Below, in pieces: positions 22,960 through 32,187 of a stretch of 64,000 bases of DNA. A model generated the notes under the pieces. That model saw only the letters and a list, made by a program, of their open reading frames with translations. It made no database searches and was not told the DNA's origin. Source of the stretch: an uncultured virus (IMG/VR IMGVR_UViG_2597490189_000005) (lineage: Duplodnaviria; Heunggongvirae; Uroviricota; Caudoviricetes). The first letter of the stretch is position 1. Each line of letters opens with the position of its first letter. A program made the position numbers and the translations under genes. The stretch lies in IMG/VR virus record IMGVR_UViG_2597490189_000005. One strand, given 5' to 3'.

Positions 22960-23477
22960 AACGCCTTCTCTTTCTCACGACGGATTTCTAACCCTCGTAA
23001 CTTCTTGCCACCTGAATAAACCCACTTAGGCAACTCATTACAGGCACCAACATAATCGCCTGATTTGATTTTACGAAAGAACGTCGATTTACTCACGGTG
23101 CCACACCCAGCATTAAACGTCAGCGAAGTAGCAACATCAAACACCGATTGCGGAATATTCCAACCGTTTGCGTAACGCTTCACACATTTTTCTGCGTGCT
23201 GAATATCAACCAACCAACGCTGTGCAATCTCTTTGTCTGTGTAAACTTTTCTTTCAATCTTACCGCTTGACGCTTCCGTTGAACCAATGCCAACGGTAAG
23301 CACATTTGCAGGACACAAATAAGGCTCTCGTTTACAACCTTCTGCATCGCCGATAATTTCAAGCCCTTGCTTACTTGTACGAAATTGACCGTGAAAATCT
23401 GTATTCAACACCGCAATAATGGCACTGACAAAACAAACCCCACCGCCAACTTTACCCAGTTTTCTTAGCTTTCTCAT
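22932..23477 (-). CDS. Endolysin, GH24 lysozyme with probable SAR domain
   Basis: EGC...PY.CPA.VLTVGIGST catalytic region, weakly hydrophobic N-terminus. Confidence 0.92.
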   Translation of the reverse strand: MRKLRKLGKVGGGVCFVSAIIAVLNTDFHGQFRTSKQGLEIIGDAEGCKREPYLCPANVLTVGIGSTEASSGKIERKVYTDKEIAQRWLVDIQHAEKCVKRYANGWNIPQSVFDVATSLTFNAGCGTVSKSTFFRKIKSGDYVGACNELPKWVYSGGKKLRGLEIRREKEKALCLAGLIKS

Positions 23478-23752
23478 TACTTAATCCCCTTGAGAGTTGT
23501 TGTTTACGTATCTGATGCATTTCTTCGAGGTGGCGCATCTCTGCTTTATGCTTTTCTTCAGCCCTTTCTTCTTAGGCGTTTTTTTACTTTCCCTTCTCGG
23601 CATTTTGAGTACATATTAACTAACGCTGTAACAATCCCTAGAGCCAAACTAATGAACATTAAATTTTGTTGATCGCCTAACCAGGCTAACCAACCTGTAA
23701 GCCCATTCCATGCATAGCTCTGCATTCCTGCATCTCTCATAGCATTTTTCAT
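23452..23752 (-). pseudogene. Holin (HP1-like), apparent +1 frameshift near 23573
   Basis: ORF stops at 23558. Removing one base continues it as EERAEEKHKAEMRHLEEMHQIRKQQL. TM segment intact. Confidence 0.7.
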
Positions 23753-23865
23753 ACCTTAGCCCTCGTTTCAGGCAATAAAAAAGCCCAGTCCGTAAAGACT
23801 GAGCTTGGTTAAAAAAACTGCTAGAATATTGTTCCCCAACAAATAAACTAGCAGAGGATTAAATT

Positions 23866-24429
23866 ATGTACTTTCGTGAAGGTTATACCAAATTTCCATA
23901 TCGACCATCAAATGGATCTGAAGATTGCCAAAATCCAACACCAAATGCAGGTGGAATTGATTTAGTTAATCATCCTGAAAAAATAGATGAAATCCTAGAA
24001 ATTGCTCAACTACCAGAACTTAAAACCACACTTATTGAACTTAACAAGCCTGATAGCCCCTTTATCACACTAGGTTGTTCTCACTGGATAGGAAAATATG
24101 ATAATAGCCATTTCTCTTATATTGAATTCACATTTAAAGATGCCAAAATTGCAAACAACTTTAACTTCTTAGTTCAACTCGAAAAGGATCTTCACCTTTT
24201 TTTCATAGAAAAACTCACAACAGGTTTTACTAAAGAGCAGCGAGATTCTTACGCAACTTATCTAAAAGATCAGGTTCAAGTCTACTTTCGGAAAATCCAA
24301 TACCAAGACGACTTAGAGCTTCGCAACCTGCTAGGGTTAGAGTTCCACTTTCAGGATCGACAAATGGTCGATTTTCACCATAAAGCTCTGCGGCATTTTT
24401 TAACGCAACATTTAGTTCTACCATTGTGA
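23866..24429 (+). CDS. Hypothetical moron, antisense to the late operon
   Basis: Own RBS (AGAGGA), AT-rich, 187 aa. Confidence 0.75.
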   Translation: MYFREGYTKFPYRPSNGSEDCQNPTPNAGGIDLVNHPEKIDEILEIAQLPELKTTLIELNKPDSPFITLGCSHWIGKYDNSHFSYIEFTFKDAKIANNFNFLVQLEKDLHLFFIEKLTTGFTKEQRDSYATYLKDQVQVYFRKIQYQDDLELRNLLGLEFHFQDRQMVDFHHKALRHFLTQHLVLPL

Positions 24430-24650
24430 TAACCTTTATCAAATTTACTCAGTACCACTAGATATGTTTAATCTTGTGGTACGTCATTATTGCCAGCAAA
24501 TGGATAAATTTTCCTATTTTGGAAGTGAGGACCGCAGTCTGATATACGTCGAGATGGCCAGCCAGCGGCATAGTGACATTGAGATTTTTCTTGAACTACT
24601 TCACCGTTTTTTAACAGAATATCTCGTTGTTCCATCCTAACCCCCAAACA

Positions 24651-24758
24651 AAAAGCCCCGACCGTTTCCGATCAGGGCTATAAAATCATTTTGATTTCTC
24701 TCGCTTGTACGAGTTGCAAGCGTAGCTGAAATGTACTACTTTTTGCTCAAGCTGTCAA
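24651..24758 (-). promoter_or_regulatory. Late promoter pR'-like with downstream terminator
   Basis: TTGACA(24758-53)-17-TACATT, then hairpin agccctgatcggaaacggtcggggcttttt. Lies upstream of the lysis genes. Confidence 0.65.
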
Positions 24759-24853
24759 TCACTTTTTGAGCGATTAAACACATTATTTTTTTGAAACACA
24801 AAAGCCACTTGCAACGCTAGGTCGCAAGCGGTCTGTTTGTCGTTTATTGTTGC

Positions 24854-25702
24854 TTAAAATCTTGCTGTTTGCTTCGGTTCTTCTAGCAAATGGTTCATTC
24901 CTTTAACAAACATAATGCGTTCGCTATTAGAGTGAATAAAATCTCTTGTCTTTTCTAAAAATTGTTCAAGTGGAATGCCTAAGTTATGAAGATAATGTGG
25001 GCTAAAGTGTCTATCTATATCCCAGCCTATATATGTTTTAACAATCTTTTCTCGTAACTCGTGGGCTTCGTAGCAAAAATGGTATGCTGAAACAAGTAAT
25101 CTTAATAATTGTTCATCTTCTTTCTTAGGCTCATCAATAATCAACTCCCCTTCAAGATAAATTTTGTGAACATACTCCACCGCCATTCCGACTTGTTCAG
25201 GGGTTAATTCGTCAATATGCTCAACATTAAAACGCTGATGAATAAGTGAGTAGGCATCAGAATAGATTAAACCTTTTTTACTGACTAAAGCACTGACTGC
25301 TTGTCGTAAGCCTGTGCGTTCGTCTGTGGTTGTTTTGCGTTCGGCTTTGCCAAAGTGCCAGTAATTGTAGAGAGCTTCAAAACATTCTTCTTGATACTGA
25401 ATTACACGATCTTTCAGATCGGGGCGAACTTTTTCAGGGTTGATGCTAAATAACCAGCCATTGAGTTTTTTAAGTGGCATACAGAGCATTTGGCGAATTT
25501 TGCCGTCTTTAGCAACCATAGAGATATCTCTACAGTTGAATTTATCGCTTGATTTGCTTAGTTTTTGTTGTTGTCCGCCCCAGTCTAACCCCATAGCTTC
25601 AACGATAGGTTTTACCGCTGTGTAGATAACATCTTCGACTTTTAATGTAATAAGTTCTGAACCGTAGAAAGAGATTGTTTGAGTTGAAATTTGAGTAGTC
25701 AT
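24854..25702 (-). CDS. ant: Antirepressor (P22 Ant N-terminal domain)
   Basis: VKPIVEAMGLDWGGQ...LNGWLFSINP.KV...YQEECF.ALY.YW. Confidence 0.88.
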   Translation of the reverse strand: MTTQISTQTISFYGSELITLKVEDVIYTAVKPIVEAMGLDWGGQQQKLSKSSDKFNCRDISMVAKDGKIRQMLCMPLKKLNGWLFSINPEKVRPDLKDRVIQYQEECFEALYNYWHFGKAERKTTTDERTGLRQAVSALVSKKGLIYSDAYSLIHQRFNVEHIDELTPEQVGMAVEYVHKIYLEGELIIDEPKKEDEQLLRLLVSAYHFCYEAHELREKIVKTYIGWDIDRHFSPHYLHNLGIPLEQFLEKTRDFIHSNSERIMFVKGMNHLLEEPKQTARF

Positions 25703-25741
25703 CTGTTTATTCCTTTTGAGAGAAATCCCGATAAATCGGGC

Positions 25742-25820
25742 GGTCGGCAGCTCAAAACCTGTAAACAGTCAGGCGGAATTATTTCCCTTTCGGGTATTGT
25801 ATTCTTCGCACTGCCGACCA
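25742..25820 (-). ncRNA. C4-type antisense RNA 1 (controls ant)
   Basis: Closing stem ggtcggcag/ctgccgacc. Internal ctgttta..ttttgag is complementary to sites at 25906-25928 and 25703-25720. Promoter TTGACA-17-TAGTAT at 25970-25942. Confidence 0.75.
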
Positions 25821-25993
25821 TTGAATTAAATTTGTTACTTTTGTTCTAAAGTTCTTTGGTAACAAACAATAGAAACAAAAAAAATCACGCTGACGGGGTG
25901 AATTACCGCTGTTTATAAGGCTTTTGAGACCTTTGGGATAAATACTACTCTGAAGTTTTGGGGTTGTCAAATAAAATAATGTAGTTTTTACTA

Positions 25994-26022
25994 TTGCAAT
26001 TAAATATAGTTTAAACTATAAT
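25994..26022 (+). promoter_or_regulatory. Module 1 promoter with palindromic operator
   Basis: TTGCAA-17-TATAAT, palindrome tatagtttaaactata at 26005-26020. Confidence 0.75.
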
Positions 26023-26046
26023 AACTTTGTTTTTAGCAAGGGCTAG

Positions 26047-26203
26047 AAATGAAGAAACCGCCCTTCTGGTGAGCGGTCTCAAAAAAGGAGCTAGGATATG
26101 CCTTGGAAGCTAATCATCCTAGTTATCTTGTTGGTGGTAAGCAATTACGCTTACTAGTTAATAGATAACCCTGCGGGGGATATGTGAGAGTGTCCCCCAA
26201 CGG
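26047..26203 (-). ncRNA. Sib-like antisense RNA 1
   Basis: TTGATT-17-TATATT (26237-26209), ggggga/tccccc hairpin, terminator gaccgctc...gggcggtttcttcattt. Spans the toxin ORF. Confidence 0.72.
26098..26157 (+). CDS. ibs: Ibs-like type I toxin 1 (MPWKLIILVILLVVSNYAY)
   Basis: 19-aa hydrophobic peptide ending in AY, like E. coli Ibs. RBS AAGGAG. Confidence 0.85.
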   Translation: MPWKLIILVILLVVSNYAY

Positions 26204-26252
26204 CTCCTAATATAACAACTTCAGTTTTAAAAATCAACCAAAGGTAGCGAAA

Positions 26253-26438
26253 ATGGCACTAACAAAAAAAGAAATTCAAGAGAAAAGCGATAAAAAACGT
26301 GGGGTGCGTATGGTTGGCTTTAAACTCCACGAAGAAGTGATTGCTTTACTAACCGAACTCTCTGAACAATCGGGTCTGTCTAAAACGCAAATTGTTACTC
26401 AAGGTATTAAGCTGTTTGCAGAACAAAATAAGGCGTAG
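26253..26438 (+). CDS. Ribbon-helix-helix protein 1
   Basis: S..KRGV+..GFKL strand followed by two helices. Paralog of the 40855 and 43950 genes. Confidence 0.8.
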   Translation: MALTKKEIQEKSDKKRGVRMVGFKLHEEVIALLTELSEQSGLSKTQIVTQGIKLFAEQNKA

Positions 26439-26446
26439 CAATACGC

Positions 26447-26824
26447 CTAAAACTTCAGTCTAATCAACCCCGAACCAAATACCGCCCCTTCCATAAAATC
26501 TCGTGCGGTGCGTAAACGGTTATCAAATGTAGTCGGTGAAATCTGCATTTCAAGACAAATATTCTTCTTATCCTGCCCTTGTAAAAACACTGCCATTAGC
26601 ACCTGATAGGCTTCCAAATTCAAATCGTGTAATGTCATCACAGCTTCATCTAGCTTAAGATACTGTTCCTCTGACAGTTTATCAATACTATACTTTGTAA
26701 TTTGAGCAGTTGCCTCACGCATAAAAGATTGTAATGATGGATAACCACGACACCCACGATGAGAAGCCCAACGACGAACCCAAACGAGTAGAATATCGTC
26801 AATGCTGATATGTAATCTAATCAT
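26447..26824 (-). CDS. Late antiterminator Q
   Basis: Lambda Q-like C-terminal HTH, follows ninG. Confidence 0.8.
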   Translation of the reverse strand: MIRLHISIDDILLVWVRRWASHRGCRGYPSLQSFMREATAQITKYSIDKLSEEQYLKLDEAVMTLHDLNLEAYQVLMAVFLQGQDKKNICLEMQISPTTFDNRLRTARDFMEGAVFGSGLIRLKF

Positions 26825-27390
26825 TTCAACTCCTTAATCTTCGCCTTATACGTTTGAATAATTTCCTTACAATCCTCAACCGACCACTTCACAGGAGGGT
26901 GATAGCTTTCCAATGCTTCTACTCGCTCTGCCCCGATTTTACGTACAAGGTTGATACGGTATTCTGTAATGTTTCCGCTCAAATGATTGTTACAAGCACT
27001 ACATTGTTTATGAACATTGTCCTCATTAAATCTCAGCTCTGGCATCGCTTTTACCGTGCGATAATGCCCAGCGTGATACTGCCCTTGATGAAAACGCTGG
27101 CACGAAATACAAGGCTCATCTTTATCTCGTAAACGAATGTATTCATTAAAAACAGCCTGAGCGTCTTTAAGCCATTCAGAACGAGATTTTAAGCGTTCTC
27201 TCGTTGCTTTAATCTTTGCCCTTTCTTCTCGATTTCGCTTTTCTATGGCTTTCTGACGTGCTTTCTCTTGGGCTATTTTGGCAAGTTTCACACCACATTC
27301 AGCACTACACCATTTTCTAAAGCTATCCGCAGACTTAAACTCACCACCACAGCATTTGCATTTACGCTTTTTCACTTTCGGCTTTATCAT
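26821..27390 (-). CDS. ninG: NinG/Rap endonuclease
   Basis: YIRLRD...CISC, HAGHY, NVHKQC..CN. Confidence 0.93.
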   Translation of the reverse strand: MIKPKVKKRKCKCCGGEFKSADSFRKWCSAECGVKLAKIAQEKARQKAIEKRNREERAKIKATRERLKSRSEWLKDAQAVFNEYIRLRDKDEPCISCQRFHQGQYHAGHYRTVKAMPELRFNEDNVHKQCSACNNHLSGNITEYRINLVRKIGAERVEALESYHPPVKWSVEDCKEIIQTYKAKIKELK

Positions 27391-27541
27391 TAAATGCCTC
27401 CAATTCTTCCTCACTCCACCGCTTAGTGCACTTCAAGCCAGTACATTCAAACGGTTTTACCTTATCAATCTCTGACTTTTCAGAAAACCTACGCCAGTCT
27501 TTAAGAATTGATTGGCAGTTTGGGCAGAAGTAACTACTCAT
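27362..27541 (-). CDS. Small Cys-rich protein (59 aa, not in track)
   Basis: MSSYFCPNC...ECTGLKC, overlaps flanking genes. Confidence 0.6.
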   Translation of the reverse strand: MSSYFCPNCQSILKDWRRFSEKSEIDKVKPFECTGLKCTKRWSEEELEAFNDKAESEKA

Positions 27542-27905
27542 TGTGTTTACCTGTTTTCTTGTTGTTCTTTACAGTTCTACAGCCAGCATAAGCAAGAGTT
27601 GATATAAAACCGACCGTAGCTAATACTGGATACCCAAAATAAACCAAGACCAAGCTAATAGTTAACTCACTTATAATCATTTGCTTGGCTCTGTTTTCCG
27701 TGAACAAAAACTTAGTGGGCTTAATAAACGCAGACATTAAAGTTAAAATAGAAAATGCCCAGAAAGCCCAAATATAAACATTTACTGCGCCATCCGTGAG
27801 ATACAAGTGCGAATAAACAAAGCCACCAACAATAGCTAAATCCGCAATTAATTTTCCAAAAGAAAAAGATTTAATTTCCATCATTTCACCCCCCAAAAAT
27901 TCCAT
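27534..27905 (-). CDS. Hypothetical membrane protein
   Basis: Several hydrophobic segments. Confidence 0.65.
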   Translation of the reverse strand: MEFLGGEMMEIKSFSFGKLIADLAIVGGFVYSHLYLTDGAVNVYIWAFWAFSILTLMSAFIKPTKFLFTENRAKQMIISELTISLVLVYFGYPVLATVGFISTLAYAGCRTVKNNKKTGKHNE

Positions 27906-28339
27906 CTGTCATTAAAATGCACCCCATTAGAAACACCCCACGAAGTTGCATATTCGATTAAACTTGCCATTCGTTTTACGCTCATTTGAGCCGTACTCTC
28001 ACGAATATTCACTAATTCGCCTTCCAATCCTGTGACCAAAAAAGAGCCTTCTTTCGTTGCTTCAGCGTGGGCAGAAATTAAAATGACCTTCCACGTTTCA
28101 GGCGGTAGCCATTCGCCGTTAAATTGCACCTGTCTGGCAATATCGCCACACATTGCGTGGAATTTGGCATTTTGCTCAAGGTTACGAGTAATAGGCTTCA
28201 CATCAATCACTAACGGCTTTTTCTCATCTATCGGCAACGCTTTCACAAATTCAAGGGCATTGTTTTTGATTTGCTCAGTGCGTAGAAAGTATTTTTGCTT
28301 ATGCTCCATACCTACCAACCTTTGTTCCATACCTACCAA
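27881..28339 (-). CDS. ninB: NinB/Orf recombination protein
   Basis: RNLEQNAKFHAM..DIA.Q and STAQMS. Confidence 0.9.
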   Translation of the reverse strand: MVGMEQRLVGMEHKQKYFLRTEQIKNNALEFVKALPIDEKKPLVIDVKPITRNLEQNAKFHAMCGDIARQVQFNGEWLPPETWKVILISAHAEATKEGSFLVTGLEGELVNIRESTAQMSVKRMASLIEYATSWGVSNGVHFNDRWNFWGVK

Positions 28340-28344
28340 CCTCC

Positions 28345-28548
28345 TTACTTCTTAACCTGCTCTTTCGTAAAATACCCACAAGACTTCGTTCTGTTCATCG
28401 CACAATCCTTGCTGATGTTGGGGAATCGCCCTGTGTAATGACCGTTACAGCGATAAGGCTCTTCAACGTGCCAGCCCCAATCATCGTTAATGCTTAAATC
28501 TTCTAGATCTCCGCCACATTTGGGGCATTTGTAATCACTCATACCCAC
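28345..28548 (-). CDS. Small Zn-finger-like protein
   Basis: CPKCGG plus further Cys. Confidence 0.6.
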   Translation of the reverse strand: MGMSDYKCPKCGGDLEDLSINDDWGWHVEEPYRCNGHYTGRFPNISKDCAMNRTKSCGYFTKEQVKK

Positions 28549-28564
28549 CTACATCAAAACTCAC

Positions 28565-29236
28565 CTAAAACCCCCTAACCTGTTTCAACAAACCACCCCA
28601 GAAAGCCCTCACCTTTTCACGATCGACTGCTTTCACTTCTTGAGGTAATGCCAGCTTTGGTTCTGGTAAAACCTCCCTTGTTTTTAACCGCTTGCTCATT
28701 TTGACGAGGGATTTTTTAATCTCATCTTTGAGTTGCTTATCGCTCCATTCACCAGTCCGACAACGCACATACAAATCGGTAATCAAGTAATACTCCGCCG
28801 TAGAAACAAACTTAAACTTCTGGATTTCTTCCATACCAAATGCCATAAACGCTTGTAACCGCTTGTAAAGTTTATCCTCATCAGGCAAACCTAACGCTTC
28901 ATAGTCCACCGCTTTACACCACTCCACAAACTCGCCTACGCTTGGCCAGAATGGATTTTTAGATTTTTTCGCTCGCTCAATCCCGTTTTGCAGTTGCTCA
29001 ATCGTCGTAATTTTTTCGTTCACCAACGTTTCAAGCCAAATCCGCTTTGCTTCACGGTAACTGTCTGCATCAGGAAATGAATTCTTCCACGCAGGAAAAA
29101 TCGCCCGAAGCTGAATGAATAATTGATTAACGGTTCTAATCGCACCGTCAGGAATTGCCGTTGCCTTTGCTGGCACTTGGTAATTTGGCTCTTGCCCGAC
29201 AAGGCTTTTCAAGTTCATTGATGCCACGTTTTGCAT
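28565..29236 (-). CDS. Replication protein P-like
   Basis: LF.QL.AIFPAW and PFWPS.GEFV.WC. Confidence 0.85.
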   Translation of the reverse strand: MQNVASMNLKSLVGQEPNYQVPAKATAIPDGAIRTVNQLFIQLRAIFPAWKNSFPDADSYREAKRIWLETLVNEKITTIEQLQNGIERAKKSKNPFWPSVGEFVEWCKAVDYEALGLPDEDKLYKRLQAFMAFGMEEIQKFKFVSTAEYYLITDLYVRCRTGEWSDKQLKDEIKKSLVKMSKRLKTREVLPEPKLALPQEVKAVDREKVRAFWGGLLKQVRGF

Positions 29237-30066
29237 TAACTTCCCCTTAGCGTGATAGACATACCTTCCGCCCAGTTGCCTTCGTCATCAGGGATAAACG
29301 GCTTGGAAGTATTACGAGCGGACGGATTTTGTGGATTTTTTGCAGAAACTCCGTCATTTTGCCAATCCCAACCAGCATTGAACCCACGCCAACCACGCTC
29401 AATCGAAATCGCAATAGCTTGTTGAATAGGAATTTTGGCTTTATCCGCCTCACGCTGAAAACCTTTCAACGCAGTTTCGGTGATCGGAGCTTTGAAAGAT
29501 TTCCGATGAACGATGAAATCTTTTGCCAGTTGTTCGGTAATCCCAAACTTTTCCAACAAAATCAAATCTGCGGATTTTTTCTCGCGCGCGTTTATACTTC
29601 CCGTCAGGGAAGTATTATTGTTAGTATTCTCTGAAGTATTCTCTGTATTAACGAATGGCGGTTTTGCTTCTTCCCGAATGTCGCTTTCCGCCATTGGGGA
29701 ATGTTCATTAGTGACATTGGGTAATGGCGGTTTTGCTTCTTCCCGAATGTCGTCCATTAATGCATCAAATTTAACTAAATCCAGTTTGAAATAAATGCGG
29801 TGCTCTAAGCGTTTGTGAGTTTCAACCAATATGCCTAGCTCAACTAATTTTTTGCGAGCCGTTTCTTGCTCACGGCGACTTAATCCCGTTTCCTGCTCAA
29901 GCTCAGCTTGTGTTTTATATACGCCTAATGGGTTTGAGGTCTTATCCTGCCAAAAGAATAATTGCCCAAATAAAATTGCCGCTGTCACACCGCCTAACGG
30001 TTTTGCTAATTGTGGATAGTACGCAATAGGCTGTCCCAGTTGGCGTAATTTTTGGCTAAAACTCAT
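29236..30066 (-). CDS. Replication initiator (O-like)
   Basis: N-terminal wHTH, internal iteron-like repeat, upstream of P. Confidence 0.85.
   Translation of the reverse strand: MSFSQKLRQLGQPIAYYPQLAKPLGGVTAAILFGQLFFWQDKTSNPLGVYKTQAELEQETGLSRREQETARKKLVELGILVETHKRLEHRIYFKLDLVKFDALMDDIREEAKPPLPNVTNEHSPMAESDIREEAKPPFVNTENTSENTNNNTSLTGSINAREKKSADLILLEKFGITEQLAKDFIVHRKSFKAPITETALKGFQREADKAKIPIQQAIAISIERGWRGFNAGWDWQNDGVSAKNPQNPSARNTSKPFIPDDEGNWAEGMSITLRGS
29654..29752. repeat. Two 30-bp direct repeats inside the initiator gene (probable origin iterons)
   Basis: aatggcggttttgcttcttcccgaatgtcg at about 29654 and 29723. Confidence 0.75.
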
Positions 30067-30794
30067 AATCCCACCACCTTATCTTGTGTAAATACGCCAT
30101 TCCAATTTGCTTTCATCGGTAATTCTCGCTTTGTGTACCACTCATAGAGCTTTGCAGCTCCTTTCTTGAGTAAAACAGGTTTATATGCCACAAACGGATC
30201 TTTTCCGTGTTGCGAAATCTCCGTCGTTTCTTCCGTCAAATACTGATCACGAGCGTACGACTTCACACGTTTATGATTACCATCTTGATAGAGCCAGTTT
30301 TTATCCACTAAAAACGCCCCAATTTTCAAAGCGTTCACTCCATTCAAGCCTTTGACAAACTCAAACGGTGAAATCCCATTACGGAAATAACTTTCCATTG
30401 AGGCAATTTGAAGGGATTTTTGCTCACTCTCTTCGATTTTATCGGCGAGTTGGCGTAATGCTTCTGAATAGCTAGGGAGTTGTTGCACTTGCTTTTGCTC
30501 TAACTCTTGCCAACGATCAACTAAACGAGCAGTAAATTCAGGAGAGAATTGAGCCACAATCACATAAGTATCACGTTTATTAATATGATACTCGTAATAG
30601 ACTTGCCCATTTTGCTCATGGGTGTACGGACTTTCCGCATACCCCCCAATTACCCCTTTATTCATCAGGTTTCTAATAGATAAGCACACATCACGGTGTC
30701 TGCTTTCTGTGATTCGTGCAATCTCCCGACTACTCATCGTTAGGGTTGCATTTTCTCTCTGATTAGTAGATAATAACTCTGTTTTCATAAACAT
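30063..30794 (-). CDS. Rha-family regulator with antirepressor-type C-terminus
   Basis: MSSREIA...H..V and FTARLVDRWQELE. Confidence 0.85.
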   Translation of the reverse strand: MFMKTELLSTNQRENATLTMSSREIARITESRHRDVCLSIRNLMNKGVIGGYAESPYTHEQNGQVYYEYHINKRDTYVIVAQFSPEFTARLVDRWQELEQKQVQQLPSYSEALRQLADKIEESEQKSLQIASMESYFRNGISPFEFVKGLNGVNALKIGAFLVDKNWLYQDGNHKRVKSYARDQYLTEETTEISQHGKDPFVAYKPVLLKKGAAKLYEWYTKRELPMKANWNGVFTQDKVVGL

Positions 30795-30832
30795 TATCTC
30801 CCTTTGATATACCCACGTTCCAGCGTGGGTTT

Positions 30833-31108
30833 TTATTTTCCAATAGCATGAACGCCCTTCTCTGCAAATAGCTTGAGGGCATCCAGTTCACTGTCTGTCA
30901 AACGATTTAAACCTTTCTCTGATACTTCCAATTCTAAAAAATCAAGGTAAGCACAGAATTTGTCTAAATGTTCTGCCTTAAAACGACAAATCGTTGATGC
31001 ATCTACACCAACATATTCTGCCGCTTGAGCATCTTTCGTCTATGATGCCTTCTGTCTGATTAAGTCCGCATTCTTCATTGCAGACTTGCTTAATTCATTG
31101 CGTGCCAT
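30833..31108 (-). pseudogene. cII: CII-like activator with internal TAG (31040-31042)
   Basis: MARNELSKSAMKNADLIRQKAS*TKDAQAAEYVGVDASTICRFK... The HTH resembles CII and the gene lies directly after cro. Confidence 0.75.
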
Positions 31109-31128
31109 TGCACACTCCTTTGGGTAAA

Positions 31129-31335
31129 TTAACTGCCAACAGGAAAAACGTCGTCTAAAGATGTTGTAGCACCAAATTTATTAAGAGCAGATACAATTCT
31201 TCTAGCATCAGCTAACGATGGAGTTCGATTACCAGTTTCATAGTTAGCTATTCTTGGTTGTCCAAATCCGAGTTGATCGGCTAATTGCTTTTGAGTAATA
31301 CCTACGCTTTCCCTTACTTTTGCAAGATTATTCAT
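31129..31335 (-). CDS. cro: Cro-like XRE repressor
   Basis: HTH, divergent from cI. Confidence 0.88.
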   Translation of the reverse strand: MNNLAKVRESVGITQKQLADQLGFGQPRIANYETGNRTPSLADARRIVSALNKFGATTSLDDVFPVGS

Positions 31336-31344
31336 AGTTATCCT

Positions 31345-31440
31345 TTTTTGTGATTAAGATAACGCACATTTAATCACATCAAGTGATTTATGTAAAACAC
31401 TTTTTGTGATTTTGATGATATTTCATTGCGTGATATTATT
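31345..31440. promoter_or_regulatory. OR operator region
   Basis: ATCAC-N5-GTGAT palindrome at about 31373 plus degenerate copies between cro and cI. Confidence 0.7.
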
Positions 31441-31467
31441 GTTTGGTTATAGGTTAAGGAGCGGTAT

Positions 31468-32124
31468 ATGAAAATAGGTGAGCGGATAAAAGCTTTTAGA
31501 GCCAAAACAGGAATGAACCAAAAGGATTTTGCAGAAGCTGTATCAAAAATTGATACAAGAGAGCGTTCTAAATGGGGGCAATCTAGAATTGCTAACTACG
31601 AAACAAATGTAAGAATGCCTGATCTTGATGATATTGAAGTGATAGCAAAAGTTATTGGTATAGATCCAGCAAAGCTTGCTTTTGGCGACCCGAATGTAGA
31701 GCCTGTAATAGTTAAGAATTCATACTCATACCCTTTAATTAGCTCAATTCAAGCTGGAGTATGGCCTGAAGTCTTTGACTATCGAGATACAGAAGGGTAC
31801 GACTATATCGACACGGAAATTGACGCAGGTCCAGATGCATTCTTCTTACGAGTGTCAGGAATGTCTATGGAGCCTAAATTCAGCGAAGGGGATTTAGTGT
31901 TGATTGATGTCAGAAAACGCCCACATCCTGGCGATTTTGTTGCAGCAGTAAATGGCAATGGCGAAGCGACCTTAAAACGTTATCGTGAACTTGGAGAGTT
32001 ATCACCATCAGGCAATCCACATTTTGAGCTAGTGCCATTAAATCAAGATTTCCCAACGCTTAGCTCAATGAAACAAGATATTCGTATTATAGGCGTAGCG
32101 GTTGAGCATAGGAGTTATTTGTAG
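31468..32124 (+). CDS. cI: CI repressor (HTH + S24 peptidase)
   Basis: QAG cleavage site, GMSM serine, TLKR lysine. Confidence 0.93.
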   Translation: MKIGERIKAFRAKTGMNQKDFAEAVSKIDTRERSKWGQSRIANYETNVRMPDLDDIEVIAKVIGIDPAKLAFGDPNVEPVIVKNSYSYPLISSIQAGVWPEVFDYRDTEGYDYIDTEIDAGPDAFFLRVSGMSMEPKFSEGDLVLIDVRKRPHPGDFVAAVNGNGEATLKRYRELGELSPSGNPHFELVPLNQDFPTLSSMKQDIRIIGVAVEHRSYL

Positions 32125-32187
32125 AGCCACGTTGAATCTTGTTGGGAAATAGTAGTAAATTTATTGTAAAAATACAAAGGAAATAAC

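Noticed and set aside
25779..25970. 63-aa ORF upstream of ant
   Set aside because: It starts inside the -35 box and overlaps the C4-type RNA elements, so it is better explained as regulatory RNA
28305..28342. 21-bp-period duplication at the ninB start
   Set aside because: Simple local duplication of the start region with no evident function
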